Assembly: GCA_951406725.2 (NCBI GenBank)
Contig: OX597819.1
Location: forward strand, 70,494,001-70,558,000
Direction: 5' to 3'
DNA from: Octopus vulgaris
Lineage: Eukaryota
Length of the DNA stretch: 64,000 nt
Positions within the stretch are counted from its first letter, which is position 1, and each line of letters starts with the position of its first letter. Position numbers and translations under genes: made by a program. The notes under the pieces are model-generated. The model searched no databases. It had not been told where the DNA came from and worked only from the letters and a program-made list of their open reading frames with translations. This document shows positions 54,401 to 61,296 of the stretch, piece by piece.

Positions 54401-56310
54401 TCTTGAGGAAATTTTGAACCTGGGTTCTCATTCTTAAGGAATTTTTCAATGTTATTAATATTATTATTCAGGTTTTTGCCTTGTATTGAACTCAGAATCT
54501 TGGGGTTAGTATCCTGCACTCTTAACCACTACACCATATGGGTCTGTTTTTAAAGACCCTAGTTAATAGCATCTAAGTGACAAAACTTTCCCTCGTCATT
54601 CTCAAATAAAAGGCAGCAAGCAGGCAAGAATTGTTAGTATGTCAAACGAAATGCTTGACAGCATTCCTTCCAGCTTTTCCCATTCTGGGTTCAAATCCCA
54701 CAGAGGTTGACTTTGTCTTTCACTCCTTAGGTGGGGTTGATAAAATATAATACCAGTCAAATACTGAGGGAGTCATTGTAATTGACTTGTCCACCCTGCC
54801 TCGGAAAAACCAAAAAATTCATAGCCTTAATCCTGTTGAAGGGAATGTTATGATCTCAATCACTTTCCTGACTTTTGTACCATAATTCTATGTACTGTGC
54901 ATGCACCTTTGATGAGCTGTAGTGCACCTGAGCACTGTGCATAATAATATTGTTTGTACCTATGCCTTAGCGAAGGCGGAGGTATTGTTTTCAGTTGTGT
55001 TTGTTTGTCCATGGACAAGATATCTCAAGAACTGCTGGATGGATTCAGATGAAGCTTTCAGGGATGTTTGGCCTCATAACTGGCACAAACTGATTAGATT
55101 TTGGTATCGATCAGGTACCATGCAAGGATTCTGGATTATTTCTCCAGTTTATTTACTTAATTTTTGAGAGCGGTTGGGTTCACTTTTAGTATTCTTATTT
55201 GTGAGAGCAGTCAAGTTTATTTCAGATATTCTCATTTTAAAAATCATTTGTGGCTAATTGTTGAGAGGACGTTGGTGTTGCCTTGGCAGAGGTTTGTGCT
55301 CTCTGAGTGCTCTTGTTATAATATACCTTGGAAATTAGGTAACTTAGTGTCCTGGGACTCAACAGAAAACGCTTATGTAAATGTCATACTTCTGTAAATA
55401 AAATTAAAAAAAAAAATTTGATACCAAATGTTGTTTTCCTTTTACACGTGTGTGTATATGTGTGAGTGCATGTGTGTAAGTGGGTGAAGATATGTGGCTT
55501 AGTGGTTAGGGTAATTGACTCAGGGTCATGAGTTCAATTCCTGGAGACATGTTCTGTCCTTGAGCAAGACATTTTATTTCACATTGCTTCAGTCCAGTCA
55601 GCTGGCAAAAATGTTTTGTACCAGCAATTACAAAGGGGCTAGCCTTATCATATTCTATATCGTGCTGAATTTCCCTGAGAACAGCATTATGGGTATGTGT
55701 GTCTGTGGAGCGCTCAGCCACTTACACTTTAATTTCACAAGCTGGTAGTTGCATTTATTGGATCAACTATCATAACTGACAGAGTTCTAGTCTGTGTGTG
55801 TGTGTGTGCTCATGTGTGTGCAGTATCATTTCACTTGACTAATTTTCTTCTTTATCTTTCAAACAGATATTAAGCGTTGACATTAAGAAAGACCTTCTGA
55901 TTGCCCAAATCCGAGAAAGTGCCAAGTGGGCAAACCAAGCAAACCGGCTGGAGCGTGTTATGGCTGTGAAAGGACAAAATAAAGAGGAATCAAGCAAGAA
56001 AGATCAGATTCCTCACAAAAACAAAAACCACAATAACAACAACAACTTGAGCTTCCAGGTTAATAATAATACCAACACCAACCGCAGCACAACCACTAAC
56101 AACACCACAACCACCACAACAACAACAAGAAGCAGTATTGCTCCTATTAGCAGTAGTAGTTGTAGTACTAGTTGTAGCAGTAGCATGATGAAGGATTGTT
56201 CTAAGGTGCCCCTATTATTATCACCGTCCAGTCTACCGACAATTTGTTATGAAGACAGTGACAGCCGAAGTAGCCACAGTCAGGAGGAGGTGAGTGAAAG
56301 TGATTCATAA
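4816..56310 (+). CDS. CLTC-like: Divergent clathrin heavy chain terminal-domain paralogue; 7 exons in window (4816-4918, 19896-20048, 31817-31935, 39613-39777, 48753-48869, 52431-52604, 55867-56310), 5'-incomplete, about 424 aa visible
   Basis: All exons have AG acceptors and GT donors, and the phases (1,1,0,0,0,0) join into one uninterrupted 1275-nt frame. The translation aligns co-linearly with clathrin heavy chain residues ~50-350 ([76 protein letters not shown]). Confidence 0.92.
7195..7675. mobile_element. tRNA-headed hammerhead SINE (+, ~7398-7675) with an inverted 3' copy (-, ~7195-7385) on its 5' side
   Basis: The two halves are reverse complements of each other over ~150 bp. A tRNA-like head lies at 7398-7462, and both hammerhead cores are degenerate. 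Confidence 0.75.
9045..9256 (-). mobile_element. Second tRNA-derived SINE family (AAGGCGGCGAGCTGGCAGAA..GAGTTCAAATTC..AAGTACCAG)
   Basis: Copies at 5545-5670, 15590-15760, 19480-19640, 20080-20290, 42070-42290, 48923-49135, 51390-51495 and 54610-54800. This copy is flanked by a GGTTAATATT duplication. Confidence 0.8.
12911..12951 (+). ncRNA. Type I minimal hammerhead motif, second family
   Basis: CCAGA-CUGAUGA-UGAG(CAAUGA)CUCU-GAA-ACUAGU-C-UCUGG: perfect stem I, palindromic stem III, GUC site, U-U at the base of stem II. Confidence 0.78.
14088..15500 (+). mobile_element. Cluster of three SINE copies of the dominant family (14088-14520, ~14530-14900, ~15110-15500)
   Basis: Repeated head, core and tail blocks homologous to 546-935. 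Confidence 0.8.
16000..16400 (-). mobile_element. Possible very decayed Penelope-type RT relic
   Basis: Broken peptides [19 protein letters not shown] and DALQIFFID loosely resemble PLE RT motifs. Confidence 0.3.
16641..16974. mobile_element. hAT-like MITE, degenerate
   Basis: Imperfect TIRs CAGGGGTTCTCA / TGAGAACCACTA. A related interior fragment (ATGGACCCCTTTGA) lies at ~2275. Confidence 0.55.
19896..20048 (+). CDS. CLTC-like: Clathrin TD-like exon: (A)[50 protein letters not shown]
   Basis: Long pyrimidine tract plus cccag acceptor, AG|gtgagc donor, phase 1-1. Matches CHC AGKTLQIFNIE...VTFWKWIS...VTDNAVYHWS. Confidence 0.92.
20330..20840 (+). mobile_element. Decayed RTE-clade LINE 3' fragment
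   Basis: Translates, with stops and frameshifts, to [51 protein letters not shown], a typical RTE ORF C-terminus. Confidence 0.8.
23927..24272. repeat. Minisatellite, ~13 copies of GTGCT(5-7)ATGTGGTACCAGCACCA (26-28 bp)
   Basis: Directly adjacent units differing mainly in T-run length, with no spacers. Confidence 0.95.
29738..29824 (-). ncRNA. Hammerhead motif with long stem II (left arm)
   Basis: UGCGG-CUGAAGA-[long hairpin]-GAA-ACAAUCGU-A-CUGCA, with a 5-bp stem I. Confidence 0.65.
31027..31113 (+). ncRNA. Hammerhead motif with long stem II (right arm of 29.7-31.1 kb element)
   Basis: UGCGA-CUGAAGA-[~58 nt hairpin]-GAA-ACGAUUGU-A-CUGCA. The left-arm copy has ACAAUCGU, giving the consensus palindrome ACGAUCGU. 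Confidence 0.65.
31817..31935 (+). CDS. CLTC-like: Clathrin TD-like exon: (G)[39 protein letters not shown]
   Basis: tttctcttctag acceptor and GAG|gtaagt donor. Matches CHC GESQPVKMFDRH..QIINYRTD..KWLLLTGISAQ. Confidence 0.93.
32084..32315. mobile_element. TTAA-bounded interspersed repeat, possibly a piggyBac-type MITE
   Basis: Begins TTAACCCTTT and ends AAAGGTGTTAA. Related sequence lies at ~10730-11085, 15020-15100, 17060-17280, 33505-33665 and 58760-58900. Confidence 0.5.
32337..32492. mobile_element. Small MITE, Tc1/mariner-pogo-like
   Basis: TIRs TATTTGATGGCATAAAAGATG / CATCTTTTATGCCATCAAATA. Confidence 0.65.
32883..32931 (+). ncRNA. Hammerhead motif, probably inactive (G at position 17)
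   Basis: GGGUG-CUGAAGA-A-GGAGGG(AAAA)CCCCCC-GAA-AUAUG(G)CAUAU-G-CACUC. Confidence 0.72.
33900..34190 (-). mobile_element. Possible Tc1/mariner transposase N-terminal relic
   Basis: [13 protein letters not shown] is an HTH-like start, followed by a broken basic segment (KGKKRC). Confidence 0.35.
34245..34608 (-). mobile_element. tRNA-headed SINE-like element carrying a hammerhead ribozyme, followed by an inverted partial copy (34615-34688)
   Basis: A box TGGCGTAGTAG and B box GAGTTCGATTCC at 34535-34608, an (AAT)n spacer, a hammerhead motif at 34328-34373 and a conserved tail. Homologous copies lie at 7.2-7.7 kb, 8.2 kb and 54.3-54.5 kb. Confidence 0.8.
34328..34373 (-). ncRNA. Type I minimal hammerhead motif
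   Basis: ACAC-CUGAUGA-A-GGCUG(GAGAGUAUAU)CAGCC-GAA-AUAU-U-GUGC; palindromic stem III AUAU, AUU site. Confidence 0.7.
35516..37380 (-). mobile_element. 5'-truncated CR1-clade LINE, young, with (TTA)n tail
   Basis: Carries the RT ORF and ends in a 3' UTR plus (TTA)n at 35516-35545. It is inserted between the two halves of a SINE (34958-35180 and 37386-37545). Confidence 0.9.
35568..37406 (-). CDS. LINE ORF2 fragment: reverse transcriptase domain without endonuclease, 612 aa
   Basis: Motifs [49 protein letters not shown], and a CR1-type C-terminus [18 protein letters not shown]. The first ~9 codons come from the flanking SINE. Confidence 0.92.
   Translation of the reverse strand: METERSLTYKQVTKKAVLEFEQCIAANPDSKVFWKYVHSKQRPHSPVGPLRNPHTNQITDDPKECAELIAECYANIFTVESQNVPSSPSLTANSITTMEFTPAMLRRHLQNKRNYASPGLDGVTYLLLKRGRHFLLHQLSIFFQYCLNNGATPEQWKTASVIPLFKKGDRTSPVNYRPVSLTSCIAKLMESCVRETLWNFWSSHSLIRPSQYGFVPNSSCSDQLVEFLEDITQITDSGSWVDVVYLDFAKAFNSVPHKRLMVKLSAMGVGDDLFNWLKSFILSRKEVVTVLGQHSTPYEMSSGVPQGSVLGPLLFVAYINDIDANLKNATVLKYADDIKLYLEIKRTDPDVYNSFLQSDLDTMQQWITDWQLKLAVDKCTTMHFGRKNPAFTYSLHNTDIKKSSCERDLGITVSSDLRWSKHISKIVRKAEGVLASLSRSFVSRSPAIYLKLYTAMVRPHLEFASSVWNPYLAQNIDLLESVQRRATKRIPSIRHLPYSERLVSLGMDSLKLRRLATDLVNTHKVINHLTNNNTEHLFDLHVSNTRGHAYKVRKQYSSHDFRKHFFTLRVAEAWNKLPASVVDCHDTASLRPSCFPKSAETTPDYIYTLDEL
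38037..38358. repeat. ~100-bp imperfect inverted repeat between (TA)n tracts
   Basis: 38037-38141 pairs with 38253-38358. Confidence 0.9.
38191..38231 (-). ncRNA. Degenerate hammerhead motif in the loop of an inverted-repeat element
   Basis: CUGAAGA-GGC(AAUGACAAAA)GCG-GAA-ACUGA(CCGA)UCAGU-C; stem I is poor. Confidence 0.55.
38397..38513. repeat. Perfect 48-bp inverted repeat, 21-nt spacer
   Basis: 38397-38444 is the exact reverse complement of 38466-38513. Confidence 0.95.
38413..38463 (-). ncRNA. Type I hammerhead motif within a perfect inverted repeat
   Basis: AGCUUC-CUGAAGA-UUUC(AUCU)GAAU-GAA-ACAG(UUCUAGUC)CUGU-A-GAAGCU: 6-bp stem I, 4-bp stem III, GUA site. Confidence 0.72.
39120..39505 (-). 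mobile_element. tRNA-derived SINE (dominant family)
   Basis: Homologous to 546-935 in reverse orientation. Confidence 0.8.
39613..39777 (+). CDS. CLTC-like: Clathrin TD-like exon: [55 protein letters not shown]
   Basis: ttggcag acceptor, AAA|gtaagt donor, 165 nt, phase 0-0. Matches CHC [25 protein letters not shown]...STLFCFAVRG..GK. Confidence 0.93.
41767..41793 (-). ncRNA. Degenerate hammerhead core
   Basis: CUGAAGA-A-GGAC(AUC)GUCC-GAA-ACAU-C; stem I is not conserved. Confidence 0.55.
43440..43820 (-). mobile_element. tRNA-derived SINE (dominant family)
   Basis: Homologous to 546-935 in reverse orientation; another copy lies at 44790-45180. Confidence 0.8.
44190..44491 (+). mobile_element. 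SINE 3' part ending in (GAT)n, with a 22-bp target-site duplication
   Basis: ATATATATTTACCTCAAAATAT flanks both sides (~44168-44189 and 44492-44513). Tail CCATGCCAGCATGGAAAACGGACGTTAAACGATGATG; family copies at 10257-10670, 42780-43130 and 48105-48410. Confidence 0.8.
48753..48869 (+). CDS. CLTC-like: Clathrin TD-like exon: [39 protein letters not shown]
   Basis: cttcttctccag acceptor, CAG|gtatgc donor, 117 nt. Matches CHC LHIIEVG...NDFPVAMQ. Confidence 0.93.
49215..49286 (-). pseudogene. tRNA-Asp(GTC) pseudogene
   Basis: 72 nt TCCTCAGTAGTATAGTGGTAAATATTCCTGCCTGTCATGTGAGAGACTAGGGTTAGATTCCCTGCTAGGGAG, co-linear with metazoan tRNA-Asp-GTC. The T-loop (TTAGA) and stems are damaged, largely at former CpGs. 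Confidence 0.85.
51499..51720 (-). mobile_element. Decayed CR1 LINE 3' fragment related to the 35.5-37.4 kb element
   Basis: [17 protein letters not shown] parallels [16 protein letters not shown] of the intact copy, with visible nucleotide similarity. Confidence 0.65.
52431..52604 (+). CDS. CLTC-like: Clathrin TD-like exon: [58 protein letters not shown]
   Basis: tttgcttcag acceptor, AGG|gtaaag donor, 174 nt. Matches CHC [25 protein letters not shown]...GIIGVNRKGQ. Confidence 0.94.
53420..53694. mobile_element. hAT-type MITE
   Basis: TIRs CAGTGGTTCCCAAA / TTTGGGAACCACTG, with an 8-bp TSD CCTTAGAG / CCTTAGAT (7 of 8 match). Confidence 0.85.
54290..54541 (-). mobile_element. tRNA-headed hammerhead SINE copy
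   Basis: Same head (TGGTGTAGTGG..GAGTTCAATAC), body and tail as 34245-34608, with the best-preserved hammerhead. Confidence 0.8.
54357..54402 (-). ncRNA. Type I minimal hammerhead ribozyme, intact core
   Basis: GACAC-CUGAUGA-A-GGCUGG(AGGGUAUA)CCAGCC-GAA-ACGU-C-GUGUU: 5-bp stem I, 6-bp stem II, palindromic stem III ACGU, GUC site. Confidence 0.85.
54885..54950 (+). mobile_element. Short CR1 LINE 3'-tail fragment
   Basis: gatgagctgtagtgcacctgagcactgtgcataataat closely matches the reverse complement of 35540-35580. Confidence 0.7.
54955..55318 (+). mobile_element. Non-autonomous Helentron/HINE-like element
   Basis: 5' TACCT..GCC..AAGGCGGAGGTATTGTTTT and 3' CCTTGGCAGAGGTTTGTGCTCTCTGAGTGCTCTTGTT, i.e. 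a subterminal inverted repeat plus 3' hairpin. Confidence 0.6.
55867..56310 (+). CDS. CLTC-like: Last visible exon: linker start ([29 protein letters not shown]), then N/T/S-rich low-complexity tail ending ...QEEVSESDS*
   Basis: tttatctttcaaacag acceptor. The first ~35 aa match CHC VLSVCVEEENIIPYI..LALRMAVR, and the frame stays open to TAA at 56308-56310. A strong GAG|gtgagt donor after 56289 makes the 3' end uncertain. Confidence 0.8.
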   Translation: MLSVDIKKDLLIAQIRESAKWANQANRLERVMAVKGQNKEESSKKDQIPHKNKNHNNNNNLSFQVNNNTNTNRSTTTNNTTTTTTTTRSSIAPISSSSCSTSCSSSMMKDCSKVPLLLSPSSLPTICYEDSDSRSSHSQEEVSESDS

Positions 56311-56954
56311 CAGACACAGAAAAACATATGGATGCATCTAGAACTTATCTCAGATTTCCCTCTAAAGTTACAAGAACGTGACATTGATGCCATGTCATTG
56401 TATGAGGCAAGATTAATTTGTCCATATGTAAAAAACCACTGAAGAGGAATATAGATATAGATGAGACACAGTTGATACTATGTCGCTAAAAACATAAGGC
56501 AGCTTTAATCAGAACAGTCAAGATTAAAAGAGGGAAAAAACAACAACCAAACAAACCAAATGAACCAAAGAAAAAAAGATGAGGGTTATTCCCTTCTTGA
56601 CTGTGAATAACATTCTACACTGCCAAAATGTTTTTTGTTTTATCCCAAGTGTTTGGTTTTTGAACAACTCAATGCAAAATTCTGTGCAAAACAGTGCAAA
56701 TAAACATTCATGCTGTAGCAGTCGTTGCATGCATGTGCTGCAGGCAGACATAAGTATGTATGTGCGTTCGGCAAAATGGATGGAGATGTGTGTGATATCT
56801 CTGCAAAAACGCATACATGACTTTCTGAGTAATATGAAATATGTATGTATGTTTGCATAAATGTATATATATATATGTGTGTGTGTGTTTGTGTGTGTGC
56901 ATGCGCGCATATATATATATATGTATGTATACATACATATTTTATTTGTGGTTA

Positions 56955-57137
56955 ACAAAGCTACCAATGGTTTCATGTAGAGAATTCTCTTAACAATTAT
57001 CAAGCCTACCACATTGAAACATTGGTACTTGTCTGTGATTCTCATCCAAGATCGAGATGAGTACAAGCGTTTCCATGTGGCAAGCTTGATAATTGTTAAA
57101 CGATTTCTGTCTGCATGAAACCATTGGCAACCTTGTT
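56955..57137. repeat. Imperfect ~85-bp inverted repeat downstream of the stop codon
   Basis: CCAATGGTTTCATG..TTAACAATTATCAAGC..CCACA pairs with TGTGG..GCTTGATAATTGTTAA..CATGAAACCATTGG. Confidence 0.85.
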
Positions 57138-57900
57138 AATCCACACATAAACAATATTTATCCACCAGTGTGGTGTTGAGCACTCATTCTCACTGTTCAA
57201 TATTAGCATATATATATGTGTGTGTGTGTGTGTATAGAGAGAGAGAGAGAGAGAGAGAGAATATAAACATACTGGCATATTTTGGCATGCATCAAACTAG
57301 TCGCCTGGTCTGAAATGGGAATCGATGAAAAGAATTGTTACCATATTTTGACTGCAGTTACATGTGAAGGAAGGAAAATGATGTGAGCTGTCAGGACATT
57401 TATATTGTGTTTATTTTTTTGCGACTGAAAAAAAAATGGAGCAAATTTTATGTTTTAAATATAAAAATTCTAAATTTGAAAATTAATATGCATGTATGAA
57501 GAGTAAAAGTCAGTCTGTGTGTGTGTGTAGAGAGAGAGAGAGAGTGTGTGTGTATGAGTTTACATTTATTTTGTACAAAACCATGAGCTCTCATTATGTT
57601 TGTGATAGAAGAGTGTAGAATTAATCTGATATATGCATGTTGTATATGACTAAGATTCATATCTAAGGGTAGTGTTGAGCCATCTTTCATATCCAAAGGA
57701 CTCTGCCACCATCTATAATCTGTGTATTGATGAGGATAATGCATTAGTGGCATGGATTGTTTTGTTTTAATTTGTAAAATTAGGTTCCATTTTGATTTAC
57801 ATTTATAGAGGGTTCCATCAAACTTTTATTTAGAGCTTGCATTATTTTGTTTTTCAAAAGTATTTCACTAATATATATATATATATGCACATGCGCACAC

Positions 57901-58177
57901 AGGGCTGTGGAGTCGGAGTCAGAGTTGAAAACAATTAAGGGGTAGCTGGAGTTGGAGTCAGTTAAAGTATACCGACTCTGACTCACAAAATCTTTATTCT
58001 TTAATATAAACCAGTTATAAGATATAGGCCTACTCAAAGTAAAGAGTGTATGCTTATGCTTTATGAGATATGTAAACCACAATCACTTAATTACATAAAG
58101 AGGAGTCAGAGTCGGAGGTACCAATTGTACAGGAGTCAGAATCAGAGTCAAAGTTTTTTTTTTTACTCCACAGCCCT
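57901..58177. mobile_element. MITE, hAT-like, with GGAGTC subrepeats
   Basis: TIRs AGGGCTGTGGAGT / ACTCCACAGCCCT and internal GGAGTC repeats. Confidence 0.75.
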
Positions 58178-58182
58178 TCATT

Positions 58183-58227
<45 letters not shown>

Positions 58228-60184
58228 AGGGGTGTCTATTTACTTTTGAGATGTACATGAAAATAATATATTTACACGCACATACACGTCCATCAAACTT
58301 GTGTCACGTGCATATTTTTCATTTTAAATCTAACACTCTCTCACTGCAATAAATGCAAAAGCCTATACAAACACATGCTTCCACATAGTCCTGATTTTAT
58401 ATAACTCACATGCAGGCTTGCATACATACATACATATAGTTTATTGGAATCCCAAACCAAAGGAATATATTTTAACATCAAAACAATCCCTCCTACTCAA
58501 GAAAACCAGCCAGGCTCATAATTCTTGACCGAAATTTCTGACAAGTATAACAGTGGATCTGGACTTTAAGCCAACTGGTTAATGCAATAGACATGTTTTG
58601 GACTTCCTCAATCCCACTTTCACCATTTGCCTTAAAGACCAGATCAAATTTCTCCATTATTTTCTAGATTTTTCACCCAAATTGCTAGGAGTTATCCCCC
58701 TTTGTTTTAGATTTTTAACTGTTTTTTTACCACATTTGTATTGAATTATATACACTGCCTTTGTTTCGATTTATTTTTTTTTTAAATTGAAAAATTCAGT
58801 TAAATAACATTGTCATGAATCAACATGAGATTTTGATGGACGGTTTTAAATTTAGATCCCTTTAAAACAGAAAATTTATATTGAAGAACCAGGGTCTCAG
58901 GCATGGTTATGAGCAGAGATAAATTTTTTGACTAAATTTAGTTGGATAAATTTCAATCTTCCTCTTTTGTTTATTTAAATTGTCAATCTTTTCATTTTTG
59001 TCACCTTGCCTGGTCGATTCTGTTCAGATGAAATTTTCTTATTACTGCACATTGTGAATTAGCCCAGGGCACTTTAATATATGTAAAATATATGTTATTT
59101 TCCAAGGATGGTGGAGTTGAGTTAACTCATGCCAAGCAGTAATTATTATTTTTGTTTTCCTCTGATTTAAAACTCTACCAGAATTGGTAGAATAATTACC
59201 GGGTATCATTTTCTTTGATAGTATCCGTCCTCTGCAAACTTCAATTTCTTGTGCCAGTGCAAAAGAATCAAATATATATAAATAATCCGGTGTATGTAAT
59301 TGAAGCAGTATTAAATCAAAATAGTCATCTATATATCATACTTAATGTATATACACCATCGACAGGCAGTATATTTCCTTTGGTATATGTTTTGTTTTGA
59401 AACACTACATGTCCATATGTCCATAAGAGATTAGCTTATTTTGGATGAAAACTGCAGTGACTTGCCCTTTATTCTTTAAACTGGCCATATCCGGCCCCTC
59501 ACACCAACCATATAATGTCATTCTAAAAGTAAACAATCACATCATCGATATCTGAATGCTACAAGATAATGCATGATTAATTACAAATAATGCGAATAAA
59601 TAAGCATTGCATTTGACAAAGTAATACAAATATTAGGTTGAATGAGATGAGAATTGAAGTTGACGGAGCAAAGGTGGCACTCAATGAATTAGAAATATGT
59701 TCTTCCAAACACCAAGTGTGATTGTGTGACCCAGAACCACAAACTATGGGAACCTGTTGGAATGCCTTCCTCTCATACAAAACAAAAACCATGTTCTTCT
59801 GTTTTCCTTGTATGAGGAAGTTGCAGACAAATATATCCCCCTATGGCTGAACTTTGGTCAGATTCCACCTCATAGATAACAGCATCAACAATGGAGAAGG
59901 CAAGATCCATGTGGGGGCCCATTGTAATTGTACTGCTCCCACTTAAACCACATGTAAAGAAGCAACAATATATTATTGATGCAGACATCTCGGATATTCC
60001 GATTGCACAACAAAAGTTTAACCATTTGTTTTCAGTGTCAAGAAGTTTTAGTCTTCAGTTGTGCTAGACTGCAATTATTGTTTGTGAGGGTGAGTTGCAC
60101 CAGATCATGACTTTCAAGTCTCTTTTCCTGGACTTTCTGAACCAGTGGCATACATGCATTGTGTGTGTGTGTGTGTGTGTGTGT

Positions 60185-61254
60185 TTTGTAAGCTCATTCC
60201 AAGGTTTATTGTTTTGCACCAAAATGTAAGTAGGATGTTCGTAAAACAAATTATTTTAAAAATGTTTTTGAAATGTTTGTCACCCATCCATCGCTTGACA
60301 ACTGATGTTGGTATGTTTGTGTCCCCTGTAACTTAGTGGCTTGGCAGAAGAGACCAATGAAATAAGTACTAGGCTTACAAAGAATAAGTCCTGGGGTTGA
60401 TTTGTTCAACTAAAGGTGGTGCTCCAGTATGGCCACAGTCAAATGACTGAAACAAGTAAAAGAGTAAATGTTGGTTTGTTTATGTCCCCCATAACCTAGT
60501 GGTTTGGTAAAATGACTGGACATATAGCAAGGATGTACTGAGATGACCAGAGCTATGAATATATTGAATTAAGCCCTGAGGTGTGAGTGCTGCAGTGATA
60601 TTGCTAGCTATTGTCTTTCTGCTTGTTAAACCCTAACTACTAATCAATGGGTTTGTTCTATGCAGTCCACCATACAAAATAGTCTTCATGTTCATAGACA
60701 GGACAAGTCCTTTTAATGAAGGTTTAAAACTTGTCAACTACTTCCAAACCAGGTTTACTAGCTTTCCAATATTGTTGACTAGCAGTAACATATGTTCAGA
60801 GAGTTCAAGTCACCACAGGAAAGAGAGCTGGTTGCTAGCAGGAAAGAAGCTAGTTTGAAAGGGAATAGCCAGAACCCTTATCAAAAGTACTGTCTTTCAG
60901 TGACAACCTGGAACTCTTATCTTAATAAAATTCATCTGAATGTGAAGTAGACATAATAAAATTGTTTAAAATGTGTGTGTGTTTATTAACTGGTATCTCC
61001 TCAAACTACTGAATACACACTTTGATATGTACCCCATTTGTTACTTGCTTTTTCACACTCACACCATGCAATATATATATATATATATGCACAAGGTCCC
61101 AGGTGGGTAAAAAGATAATGTTTAAAATTGCAAATATTATGTAAATTATTACCTGGGACTTTTGCATGAACTGGTGTTGAAAGCAGAGTTGGTACAGAAA
61201 CAATTCTAACTGGTCACTAAGGATGTATAAAAGTCTTTCTTTGTCTTCTTATTT

Positions 61255-61296
<42 letters not shown>

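Noticed and set aside
4816-56310. Calling this the canonical clathrin heavy chain gene
   Set aside because: It is far too diverged for such a conserved protein, and similarity stops in the linker.
59700-60140. Possible extra exon or RT relic downstream of the gene
   Set aside because: There is no clathrin similarity or convincing splice pair, and the resemblance to RT motifs is too weak to call.
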